A stretch of 64,000 nucleotides of DNA from contig NC_000964.3 of NCBI RefSeq assembly GCF_000009045.1, forward strand, positions 3,472,001-3,536,000, read 5' to 3'. The DNA comes from Bacillus subtilis subsp. subtilis str. 168 (GTDB lineage Bacteria; Bacillota; Bacilli; Bacillales; Bacillaceae). Below are positions 49,111-58,634 of the stretch, piece by piece. The stretch's first letter is position 1; the number at the start of each line of letters is the position of its first letter. Made by a program: the position numbers and the translations under genes. The notes below the pieces were generated by a model that searched no databases, was not told the DNA's origin, and was given only the letters and a program-made list of their open reading frames with translations.

Positions 49111-50145
49111 TCACCCTCTGTTTCTCATTTTGTACTCGATCACCCGCTGATACACAGCCGATGCCATAGCGACGAACGGAATCATTCTGTATTTCGCCAT
49201 CAGAAGCAGGCATGACCGTTTTGCGTCAAAAGGAGCAGTACCCGTTTTTGAAAGACTTTCTTGAAACACCGGGTCCGCGCATATCACGCCAACATTTCTA
49301 AGCTTTTCAAACAGCCGGCGGCTGCCGCTCGTTTTCCATTCATTCAGCATACAGATGCTGCTGTGAAGAACGATAAAGGTATCAAGCTCCTTGCGATACT
49401 CCTCCAGTTTGTTGTTCTCCTGTAAAAACGCCGCATTCGTCTCATACAGCGCAAGTCCTGATTCAAACAATTTTTTCTGATAGCGCTGCACAATGGAGGA
49501 AAGGTGAATTCGATAATGATAGAGCGGCGTTTTTACGTAGGATACTGAGCGGGCGAAAAAATGAGCCCTGAAGCTGAAAAACTGATCCTCGACATGCTCC
49601 AGCTCGCCTCGGAGCGGAAACGACAGCCGATGGGCTTCAATCATGCTTCTTCTGTACAGTTTGTTCCATGAAAACCCTCTGACCTTCCCTTCGAATAACG
49701 CCTTGATATAGTGCTCCTTCGGCTGATCCTGATAGGTTTGGGCAATGTCAGAGTCCATGGTTTTGCCAGTGTCCTCAAACTCTGCGGCGTAATTGCAAAT
49801 GACCAGATCAGTTTCATCGCCTGCTGTCCGGAGCATCTGCTCGCAATAATCAGGCTCAATCCAATCGTCTGAATCGATAAACGCGATAAATTCGCCGCGT
49901 GCAGCTTCAATGCCTTTATTCCGAACCGCACCGAGTCCCTGGTTTTCCTGATGAATCACCTTGAACCTGTTGTCCATTTTGGCGTATTCTTCTGCGATAT
50001 CCGGGCTGGCGTCAGCTGAACCGTCATTGACAATGATGATTTCAATATTGTCCATTGTCTGGTTCCGCAGTGATTCGAGACACGTTCTGATATATGTTTC
50101 TGTGTTATAAACAGCGACTAACAGACTAACCGCAGGTGTTTCCAT
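49111..50145 (-). CDS. epsH: GT2 glycosyltransferase, 344 aa
   Basis: NDGS and FIDSDD; GAGGAG RBS before ATG 50145. Confidence 0.94.
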   Translation of the reverse strand: METPAVSLLVAVYNTETYIRTCLESLRNQTMDNIEIIIVNDGSADASPDIAEEYAKMDNRFKVIHQENQGLGAVRNKGIEAARGEFIAFIDSDDWIEPDYCEQMLRTAGDETDLVICNYAAEFEDTGKTMDSDIAQTYQDQPKEHYIKALFEGKVRGFSWNKLYRRSMIEAHRLSFPLRGELEHVEDQFFSFRAHFFARSVSYVKTPLYHYRIHLSSIVQRYQKKLFESGLALYETNAAFLQENNKLEEYRKELDTFIVLHSSICMLNEWKTSGSRRLFEKLRNVGVICADPVFQESLSKTGTAPFDAKRSCLLLMAKYRMIPFVAMASAVYQRVIEYKMRNRG

Positions 50146-50169
50146 AATGACCGGCTCCTCGTGCATAAA

Positions 50170-51273
50170 TTACCGGGAAAAAATCGTTCTGTAAGGCAGA
50201 ACCGATGAATCGACCGGCATAAGCAAATAACTGTAAAGAAAATAACAAACAACGATAGCGATATAGATAAGAGCGTTCGATTTTTCATCAAATATCCTGA
50301 CGAAATAAGGGACTAGGATCATTTGATACAGACCGAAATAAATATTGAATCTGGCAAAAATCACGTCCTTTGTGGCCAAAAGGCCGAACAAAAAACCTAG
50401 CAGGCACAAATTGACGACAATATCAATTTGCGGCCACAGACTCCGCAGTCGTTCTTTATAGCAAAATGCAAGGAACAGCGGCAGAACCAAAACAGCGATT
50501 TTGATCACATTCATTCCATTTGTGTTCGTCATGAGCCATTTTTCATAATGGCTGTATGAGCTGTTTTCAAGTACAACGACAAACACAGAAATAAATTTTT
50601 GATATAAAAATGTCATGCCGAGAAATAAAGCGGATAGGCCGAATATCGCCGGTGACCAGGCTTTTCTTCTGACAATAAAGTACACTGGAATCATAATCAG
50701 CGCCGACGAATGAAAGAGCGAGCTGACCAGCACAATCAGGAAATATCGCTTCCAGTTCCCGCTAATGATATAACGGATCGCCCAAAACAAAACAGCTGCC
50801 ACCATGTATTGCCTGATGCCGTTAAAAGATGCGTAATAATGAAAGGTTCCCAAAAATAAAAAGACACTCAGCTCAAACGGCCTGCCATAGTCGGCGAGTG
50901 TCTTCATAATAAAGCTGTAGGTCACGACCGCCACCGTAAAATACATGATTTGAGGATCTTCCGTGATGAAATTCATCAGCCAAAGGAGTGCGGTAAACCC
51001 CGGATCTGTCGCTGTTTTCGCTGTGCCGAAACCGAATATCTGCCACACATTTTGATAATCGCCCGCCAATTCGTACAACAGCGTGTACGTCTGAAAATCC
51101 GTGCCGACTCGATAGCGGAGACCTGACACGAGCACAAGTGAAGCGAGCGGAATCCAGATCAAAAGCTTATTCGGCCGATACCCCGTGGCAAGCGAATCAT
51201 CACGGCCGCCGCACATTTTAGCGAACCAAGACCAAATAAATACAATCCCCATATTGACGGCATATACAATCAT
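50170..51273 (-). CDS. epsG: EpsG-family membrane protein (putative Wzy polymerase)
   Basis: Multi-TM; [15 protein letters not shown] and FHSSAL motifs. Confidence 0.92.
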
Positions 51274-52424
51274 CGGTTATGGTCCTTTTCCGTGCTGATG
51301 TTGTATACATTCAGCAGCGCTCCTACATTTTGCTGTGCATCGTAGCCAAGTTGAGCGAGTGTTTCTTTGATGAACTCACGCTTCGGCCTGCCTGCGGCGG
51401 CCGCCCTTGCAATGGTTTCAGCCCAGACGCTGATCGGCTCAGAAAGACTTAATCTTGTGACAAGCCCGAGACCGGCGTCGACTTTTTCTGTAATGCTGTC
51501 TGAAATGATGCATGGAAGCCCCGACGCCTGCGCTTCCACAAGCACAACCGGCAAGCCTTCGTACAGAGACGGCATGACAAATACATCGAATGTTCGCATC
51601 AGTTCATGGATCCGTTCTTCCGTGCCTAAAAAGAGGACGTCTGATAGCAAATTCTGCTGCCGCGCCTCCTCCTCTATCTCCCCGCACAACGGCCCGTCTC
51701 CCGCCAGAACGAGCTGAAAGCGAATGCCTCTTTCCTTGAGATGTGCGGCAAGCTTCAACAGGAACGCGTGGTTTTTCACTTCATGAAACCGGGCCACATG
51801 GCCAATGATGAGCCGGTCGGCTGCAATGCCGCGTGCTGCTTTTTCTTCATCAGCCGCCTGCCCATTTGGGGCGAACAACTCAAGGTCAATCCCGTTAGGA
51901 AGAAGGTGAACACGCTCCCGCTCCATATTGGACTGTCCAAATAAAAACCTGCCCGCATCCTCTCCGCAGGCACACAGCGCTGTCGCATTTGCCAAAATGA
52001 GCCGCCTGAACACGAGCAGCTGCAATCGATCCTTCCAGTTGAAGCCGGTCTTCCAAGACGTATTGTGGGAGTGGCATACCCTGACCGGCACTCCGGCGAG
52101 CCTTGCCGCAAGGGCGATAAAACCCGTTTGGAAATCCGTGTGCGCATGAACGGCGCTGAACGGCCCATTTTCTTTTATCGCGTTTCTCACATTCCTCACA
52201 AATGTAAGGGGATTGCTTTGCCCAATGCTCGGGACATAAAAAAGCCGCCCGCCTAAAGATAAAATCTCTTCATCATAAGCGCACGGATCATTTCGATACG
52301 TTAAAAAATCAAATTGCACTTTGCTTTTGTCCATCTTCCGATATAAATTCATTACCATGGTTTCCGCGCCGCCCCTGTTCATGCCGCTGAGAACATGGAG
52401 CACGCGCTTTTGGCTGCTATTCAT
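51270..52424 (-). CDS. epsF: GT4 glycosyltransferase, 384 aa
   Basis: GGAE, and [11 protein letters not shown] (EX7E). Confidence 0.94.
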
Positions 52425-53253
52425 GCTTGACAAGCCCTTCCTTTTGGTTCATCACTCTTTTTTTATGGTAGCGATTCATCACAGCTGCAGGCATAAAGGC
52501 GCGAATTAACGGTTTTGCGATATATATGTAATCAGATAAAGGAAGCTTCAAGCGTCTGCACGCCTGATAGACAAGAATGGCATTGTCGATTGAATACGTA
52601 AATGACCGCCGTTTGAATGCATCGCTGTCTTCCCTCACTTTATACAAGGCTTCCTGAAGATTATAGCCCCTGAAGCCCTCTTCAAAAAAGCGAAGCCACA
52701 AATCAATATCTTCCATTCGTCTCGTCCGCCGCACCGACCGGTAGCCTTTCAGCGTGCGGTAGGCACTCGCTCTCATCATAATCGTGCCGTGGCAAAATGG
52801 AGTCCCTTTTGCCATGATGCCCGGCTCCGGAACAGAAGGCAGAATGCGGGCGCCTCTTACGCCAAATTCATCAAACACAAGCATGCCGGTGCCAACCACC
52901 TGATAGTGTCGGTGCTTTTCTAAAAACGCGACCTGCTTTTCCAGACGGCGCGGAAACGAAAGGTCATCTCCGTCCTGACGTGCGATATAATCGCCTGTCG
53001 CATGCGAAAGACAATGATTTAATGATGCGGCAAGCCGCTTATTTGTTTTGTTTTGAATCAGTTTGATGCGGTCGCTGTAATGAGCGGCATACTGCTTCGC
53101 GATACGGAGCGTGCCGTCTGTTGACGCATCATCGCACAAAATCAGCTCCCAATTTTTATAGGATTGGCTGAGTATGGATTCTATGCTTTCTGCCAAAGTG
53201 CGTTCGCAATTATAAATGCCCATAATGACAGAAACTTTCGGTCCTGAGTTCAT
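52417..53253 (-). CDS. epsE: GT2 glycosyltransferase and flagellar clutch
   Basis: DDAST, RQDGDD (D94) and RRLEK (K106) intact. Confidence 0.94.
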   Translation of the reverse strand: MNSGPKVSVIMGIYNCERTLAESIESILSQSYKNWELILCDDASTDGTLRIAKQYAAHYSDRIKLIQNKTNKRLAASLNHCLSHATGDYIARQDGDDLSFPRRLEKQVAFLEKHRHYQVVGTGMLVFDEFGVRGARILPSVPEPGIMAKGTPFCHGTIMMRASAYRTLKGYRSVRRTRRMEDIDLWLRFFEEGFRGYNLQEALYKVREDSDAFKRRSFTYSIDNAILVYQACRRLKLPLSDYIYIAKPLIRAFMPAAVMNRYHKKRVMNQKEGLVKHE

Positions 53254-54395
53254 ACGCTTTTCTCCTTTGTATCCATATCCATGTACGCGGAATAAATATC
53301 TGCCATTTCTTCCACCGTTCGCGCCTCCGAGAAGCGCAAGGCTGTTTTTCGGCCTTCCTGTCCCAGCTTTCGGCAGAGCTCCGGCTTATGGTAAAGCTGT
53401 TCAATCCGGCGGGCAAAAGCAGCACTGTCACCGATTTTGATCAGAAAACCGTTTTCTCCGTCGCGGATGATTTCCCGATGCCCGCGATTATCTGTGGCGA
53501 TCGCCGGTTGTTCTGCCGCCATTCCCTCAAGCACATTCATACCGAGGCCTTCTCTAATGCTGGATGCGACAGATACATCCGCAAGCTGAATCAACTCATG
53601 TATGTCGCTGCAAAAGCCGTAAAAACAGACATGGGCGGAGGCACCAAGCTTTTCAGCTAACGTTTGATACGTATGTTCCATTGCCCCTTCCCCGGCAAAC
53701 ACAAGGCGGAGTGAGGGAATTTTTTCTTTTAGCAAGGCTGCGGCTTCAATTAACTGCTTCTGGTTTTTGTTCAGATTGAGCTCAGCCGGATAAACCAATA
53801 TAAAATCATCTTCACGGAACCCGTGCTTTTCTCTGAGTCTTTGCTGCTCTATCGGACTGACAGGCCGGAAACGCTCGGTATTGACGCCAATGCCGTGAAT
53901 TTTCTGCGTCCTTCCGCCCGGCCTTTGAAGTCCTTTCGCCCGTATGTAATCCTCTTCATTAATCGTAATCAGGCAGTCTGTATATGCTGAAAGCCATTTC
54001 TCAACCGGATAGTAAAGAAGCCAATTTTTCATCGGTGCCCCTTTGCAGAAGTGAAATCCGTGCGCTGTGTACAGCACCTTTGTTCCGTGCCGCCGTGCCT
54101 GCCTCGCCGCCAGTCTGGCGAGAACGCCGCCGACCGGTGTATGGCAATGGACAATGTCGTATTCATAAGTGTCAATCACTTTCTTCAGCTGCCTATAAAC
54201 GGCCAGGTTCTGAGGGTCAAAAGGTGACCTGCGAATCGGGATGGAGAATTTCTCATCCACATACGGCAGCTTGGTTTGTCCGTTCGCGGCGACATGAACC
54301 TCCCAGCCCATTTGCTTGAACCATTTAAAATAAGGGAGGTGAAAGGCCTTAAAATGATAATCAACAGTCGCGCAAAACAATATCTTTTTCGTCAT
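53250..54395 (-). CDS. epsD: GT4 glycosyltransferase, 381 aa
   Basis: HCHTP, HGFHF and EGLGMNVLE motifs. Confidence 0.94.
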   Translation of the reverse strand: MTKKILFCATVDYHFKAFHLPYFKWFKQMGWEVHVAANGQTKLPYVDEKFSIPIRRSPFDPQNLAVYRQLKKVIDTYEYDIVHCHTPVGGVLARLAARQARRHGTKVLYTAHGFHFCKGAPMKNWLLYYPVEKWLSAYTDCLITINEEDYIRAKGLQRPGGRTQKIHGIGVNTERFRPVSPIEQQRLREKHGFREDDFILVYPAELNLNKNQKQLIEAAALLKEKIPSLRLVFAGEGAMEHTYQTLAEKLGASAHVCFYGFCSDIHELIQLADVSVASSIREGLGMNVLEGMAAEQPAIATDNRGHREIIRDGENGFLIKIGDSAAFARRIEQLYHKPELCRKLGQEGRKTALRFSEARTVEEMADIYSAYMDMDTKEKSV

Positions 54396-54406
54396 TTTCA
54401 CTCCCC

Positions 54407-56227
54407 CTAATGAACGCTGGCAGCCGTCATTTCTTCTGATGTATTGATTGCCGCAAACAGCCTCGCTCTCAGGTCGGCTTCCGGCAGCTCATGAAAATCC
54501 TCGATAAAGCGCATCAGCACCGGCCAATCGCCGTCCACCGCTTTACCGATGTGAATTTTTGGAAAGATTTGTTCAGCATGGACTTCATTTTTGTTCAGCA
54601 ATTCTTCATACATTTTTTCGCCCGGACGAATGCCTGTGAATTCGATTGGAACCTGCTCAGTCGTGTAGCCGGACAAATGAATGAGGTTTTTGGCAAGATC
54701 CACAATCTTTACGGGCTCTCCCATATCGAGAACGAAAATTTGACGCCCTTTCGCCAGTGCCCCAGCCTGAATCACAAGCCTTGATGCCTCGGGAATCGTC
54801 ATGAAATAGCGGGTCATTGCCGGATGTGTTACTGTCACCGGGCCGCCTTTTTCAATCTGTTTTTTGAAAATTGGAATGACGCTGCCGCGGCTCCCGAGTA
54901 CATTGCCGAAGCGAACAGCAACAAATTTGGTTCTGCTGACTTTCCCAAGATTCATAATAATCATCTCTGCGAATCGTTTTGTCGCCCCCATTACGTTGGC
55001 TGGGTTCACCGCTTTGTCCGATGAAATCAGCACGAATGTCTCAGTTCCCGACATATCGGCTGCTTCCGCGACATTTTTTGTTCCGATAATATTGTTTTTG
55101 ACCGCCTCTTCTGGATTGTGTTCCATTAAAGGCACATGCTTATGGGCAGCTGCATGATAGACAACATGCGGCTCGTATTTTTTCATCAAGGTAAACATTT
55201 TATCGCGGTCCTGCACATCAGCGATTTCCGTATGGAACACAATGTGTTTGCCGAATCGTCCGTTCAGCTCTGTATAAATCGAATGAATGCTGTTTTCCCC
55301 ATGGCCGAGCAGAATGATTTCCTTAGGCTGAAACGCGCTGATCTGACGGCAGATTTCCGAGCCGATTGATCCGCCCGCTCCCGTGACGAGAACTGTTTTT
55401 CCTTTGATGCGGTTCGAAATTTCGCTAGTGTCGAGGGTTACCGGCTTTCTGCCGAGCAAGTCCTCAGCTTTTACATCTCTGATTTGTCCGGCAGTTCGTG
55501 TGCCAAGCAGCATTTCATCAAAATGAGGCATAATTTTAATGCTTACTCCGGTTCGCACACATTCTTTATATAACACCTGAAGCTCATGGGTGCGGAGTGA
55601 AGGAATGGCAATAATAATATAATTAATTTTGAGCTTTTGCACCGCAGGCATGATACTTTCTTTTCCGCCGATTACGGGCAGCCCCATAATTTCTAATTTA
55701 TGCTTCGTTTGGTCGTCATCAATAAAAGCGACAGGTATGATATCAGGTTCATCTTTCGAAAGCAGCTGCCTGACCATCAGAGTCCCACCTGAGCCCGCCC
55801 CGATAATCAGCGCGCGGGACGAGGCGCAGCGTTTTTTCCTGATGCTTTCGTTTAATACTCTGGATAAAATACGGGTCCCTCCAATAGACAAAAGCTGAAG
55901 CACCCAGCACGCGGTTAACAGACGGAAGAACATCGTGTGATACACAGCATACTGAATGACGCCGGTCACAGCGGCTGAAAGCGTAATGCCCTTAAGCAGG
56001 ACAATCAGCTCGCCAAGCCCGGTGTATGTCCACACCTGTTTATACTGATTGAACAGGAAAGCACACACATGATAGCTGAGGAGCAAGCTGACAGCGGTAA
56101 GCAGTAATGCTCCGGAGTCATAAAATTGATAGGAATCTTTTAAAAATTGATATCCTGCAATAACTGAATTTAAAACGAGGTAAGTATCCAGCGCAATAAT
56201 CATTGACAGTCTTCTCCGGTAACTCAA
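54407..56227 (-). CDS. epsC: UDP-GlcNAc 4,6-dehydratase (PglF/CapD-like); TTG 56227 or ATG 56203
   Basis: Four TMs; VLVTGAGGSIGSE, AAHKHVP, STD-like SSDKAVNP and RFGNVLGSRGSV motifs. Confidence 0.96.
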   Translation of the reverse strand: MSYRRRLSMIIALDTYLVLNSVIAGYQFLKDSYQFYDSGALLLTAVSLLLSYHVCAFLFNQYKQVWTYTGLGELIVLLKGITLSAAVTGVIQYAVYHTMFFRLLTACWVLQLLSIGGTRILSRVLNESIRKKRCASSRALIIGAGSGGTLMVRQLLSKDEPDIIPVAFIDDDQTKHKLEIMGLPVIGGKESIMPAVQKLKINYIIIAIPSLRTHELQVLYKECVRTGVSIKIMPHFDEMLLGTRTAGQIRDVKAEDLLGRKPVTLDTSEISNRIKGKTVLVTGAGGSIGSEICRQISAFQPKEIILLGHGENSIHSIYTELNGRFGKHIVFHTEIADVQDRDKMFTLMKKYEPHVVYHAAAHKHVPLMEHNPEEAVKNNIIGTKNVAEAADMSGTETFVLISSDKAVNPANVMGATKRFAEMIIMNLGKVSRTKFVAVRFGNVLGSRGSVIPIFKKQIEKGGPVTVTHPAMTRYFMTIPEASRLVIQAGALAKGRQIFVLDMGEPVKIVDLAKNLIHLSGYTTEQVPIEFTGIRPGEKMYEELLNKNEVHAEQIFPKIHIGKAVDGDWPVLMRFIEDFHELPEADLRARLFAAINTSEEMTAASVH

Positions 56228-56324
56228 CCTTTTCCCCCCTAATTCTTTTATCGGTTTAGCTGCGGCGGTTTTCGTCTCTCCAAAAAATCGGCAGCAGCTA
56301 AACCGACAATACGTCCTATGTATA

Positions 56325-56450
56325 TATGAGATAAGTGGGCATTTAACCCATCCTCACGCCCCGCCAGCGACGACCAGCATCTAAGGCAGCAACTTCAGCT
56401 GCCCACAGCAGAGCCGAGTGCCTCCATTGATACAGGTCAGGAGACATCAC
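56325..56450 (-). ncRNA. EAR (eps-associated RNA) processive antitermination element; ends approximate
   Basis: Known position in the epsB-epsC spacer; GC-rich multi-hairpin sequence (e.g. GGCAGC-ugaaguu-GCUGCC). Confidence 0.75.
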
Positions 56451-56461
56451 CTTTACAAAAA

Positions 56462-57145
56462 CTAGTAGGAATAGTGTTCCGATTTTTTCATTTTCTTTTT
56501 GTTTAAAAGAGCGCCTAACAGCTTCGCATTGGATTGTTCCAGTGCATCTTTTGCTTTCAGAACGGTATCGGTTTTTGTTTTTCCGCTTAAAACGACGAGC
56601 ACGCTGCCGTCTGTCTGATTTGCTAGAATCTGAGCATCTGCAACAGCCAAAAGAGGAGGGGAATCAAAGATGACGAGGCTGAATTGTTCATAGATCTCAG
56701 ATATTAAATCTCCCATTGCTTTTGAAGACAACAGTTCTGCCGGGTTTGGCGGGGTCGGCCCGCTTGTCAGTACATATAAGTTATCGATCGGCGTCTTTTG
56801 CACCGTCTCACTGAGTGAAGCATTGCCGACCAGCACATTTGTCAGCCCGGTTACATTATCAACCTGAAACGTCTGATTGATGGTCGGCTTTCTTAAATCG
56901 GCATCCACCAGCAGTACTTTCTTTTCCTGCTGCTGCGCAAAGACAGCCGCAAGATTCGCTGCACTGAACGATTTACCTTCACCAGGCACAGAGGAGGTGA
57001 CGAGGATAGATCGCAAGTTGGTCTGGACAGATGAGAACTCAATGTTTGTCCGAATGGTGCGATATTGTTCCGCAACAACTGATTTATTGTGTAAAACAGA
57101 TATTTGAGCCAAACCTCGCCTTGCTTTCTTTTTTCTAAAGATCAC
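56462..57145 (-). CDS. epsB: BY-kinase (protein tyrosine kinase), GTG start, 227 aa
   Basis: SVPGEGKS Walker [15 protein letters not shown] and C-terminal YSY tyrosine cluster. Confidence 0.95.
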
Positions 57146-57150
57146 TCGCT

Positions 57151-57855
57151 TCACTCCCCGAAATGTTTTATCCCGCGATTCCGCCCTTTGTGGACATCAG
57201 GAACGGAGCCTAAGCATGGCAATCCGGTTCTCTCGCTGAGCTGCCGTGCGCTTTTGCATGTATCATCGAGAAAATGCAGAAAAAATGCCAGTGTAATGCC
57301 GCCCATGACAGCAGCGCCAAAAGCCATGACCATATTTCGCAGCCTGGCCGGCTTGATCATCGGGCTTTCCGAAGCCTTCGCCTCTGATAATATATGTACG
57401 CCTTGTACATTCATTCTTTCATCTACTTCTTTTTCAAACTTGTTCACTAACGTGTTCGCAATCTCAGCTGCTTTCGCCGGATCGTGATCCTGAACGGCAA
57501 CGTTGATTATTTCTGATTCATTTTCACTGCTGGTAACCACTTTTCCTTTCAGCGAGGAAGCCGATTCAGATAGGTGCAATTCCGCCTTAACTTCTTCCAT
57601 CAAGGCAGTGCTTTTCATAATCGATTGGAACGTGCTGCTATACTGAAGATTTCGCTGGATGTCACTGAGATTCGAGTTTTCTTCACCGTCTGATTCATGA
57701 ACCAGCACCTGTGTCGACGCCTGGTAGGTCGGTGAAATGACCTTAAATTGCACAAAACCCATAATAAGGGTGACGCCGATTGTGATGAGCAGAATCAGCA
57801 CGAATCTGTGTCTGACAATCGCATATAATTCTTTGAAACTCATATTCTCATTCAT
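57151..57855 (-). CDS. epsA: BY-kinase modulator / Wzz-like chain-length protein
   Basis: Two TMs flanking an extracellular loop; PTYQASTQV motif. Confidence 0.95.
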   Translation of the reverse strand: MNENMSFKELYAIVRHRFVLILLITIGVTLIMGFVQFKVISPTYQASTQVLVHESDGEENSNLSDIQRNLQYSSTFQSIMKSTALMEEVKAELHLSESASSLKGKVVTSSENESEIINVAVQDHDPAKAAEIANTLVNKFEKEVDERMNVQGVHILSEAKASESPMIKPARLRNMVMAFGAAVMGGITLAFFLHFLDDTCKSARQLSERTGLPCLGSVPDVHKGRNRGIKHFGE

Positions 57856-57966
57856 GTATTCATAGCCTTCAGCCTTCCCGCGGCTGGCTTCCCGCGCCCC
57901 TTTCTGTTAATGATTGGATTATAAAAGAAAACGTTATTATTTAAAAATTGCAAAATAAGCCAATAA

Positions 57967-58044
57967 GTTCTCTTTAGAGAACAAAATCATGATTTTCCTC
58001 TAATTTACTGCACTTCCCTTATTATTTTAAATTTTATAAAGAAC
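57967..58044. promoter_or_regulatory. SinR boxes in the epsA-slrR divergent promoter region
   Basis: GTTCTCT-TT-AGAGAAC dyad (57967-57982) and AAAGAAC (58038-58044); TATAAT on the minus strand at 57918-57923. Confidence 0.88.
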
Positions 58045-58100
58045 GAAAAATTCCTTATAATGAACGAAATAACGACAGGAATAGAGGAGAATTTCATATT

Positions 58101-58559
58101 ATGATTGGAAGAATTATCCGTTTGTACCGTAAAAGAAAAGGCTATTCTATTAATCAGCTGGCTGTTGAGTCAGGCGTATCCAAATCCTATTTAAGCAAGA
58201 TTGAAAGAGGCGTTCACACGAATCCGTCCGTTCAATTTTTAAAAAAAGTTTCTGCCACACTGGAAGTTGAATTAACAGAATTATTTGACGCAGAAACAAT
58301 GATGTATGAAAAAATCAGCGGCGGTGAAGAAGAATGGCGCGTACATTTAGTGCAAGCCGTACAAGCCGGGATGGAAAAGGAAGAATTGTTCACTTTTACG
58401 AACAGACTCAAGAAAGAACAGCCTGAAACTGCCTCTTACCGCAACCGCAAACTGACGGAATCCAATATAGAAGAATGGAAAGCGCTGATGGCGGAGGCAA
58501 GAGAAATCGGCTTGTCTGTCCATGAAGTCAAATCCTTTTTAAAAACAAAGGGAAGATGA
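58101..58559 (+). CDS. slrR: Xre HTH plus Sin-domain regulator
   Basis: SINQLAVESGVSKSYLSKIERG HTH; two Sin-type repeats (EWRVHLVQA, EWKALMAEA). Confidence 0.96.
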   Translation: MIGRIIRLYRKRKGYSINQLAVESGVSKSYLSKIERGVHTNPSVQFLKKVSATLEVELTELFDAETMMYEKISGGEEEWRVHLVQAVQAGMEKEELFTFTNRLKKEQPETASYRNRKLTESNIEEWKALMAEAREIGLSVHEVKSFLKTKGR

Positions 58560-58634
58560 TGATCGGTTAAAGGGCTAACGTTCGCATCTATAGGGGAAAT
58601 CTGTTTATAATGGGGGAAAAAGGGAGAGAACACA

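Noticed and set aside
42115-57855. Repeated 4-nt stop/start overlaps across eps genes
   Set aside because: Ordinary translational coupling in a long operon.
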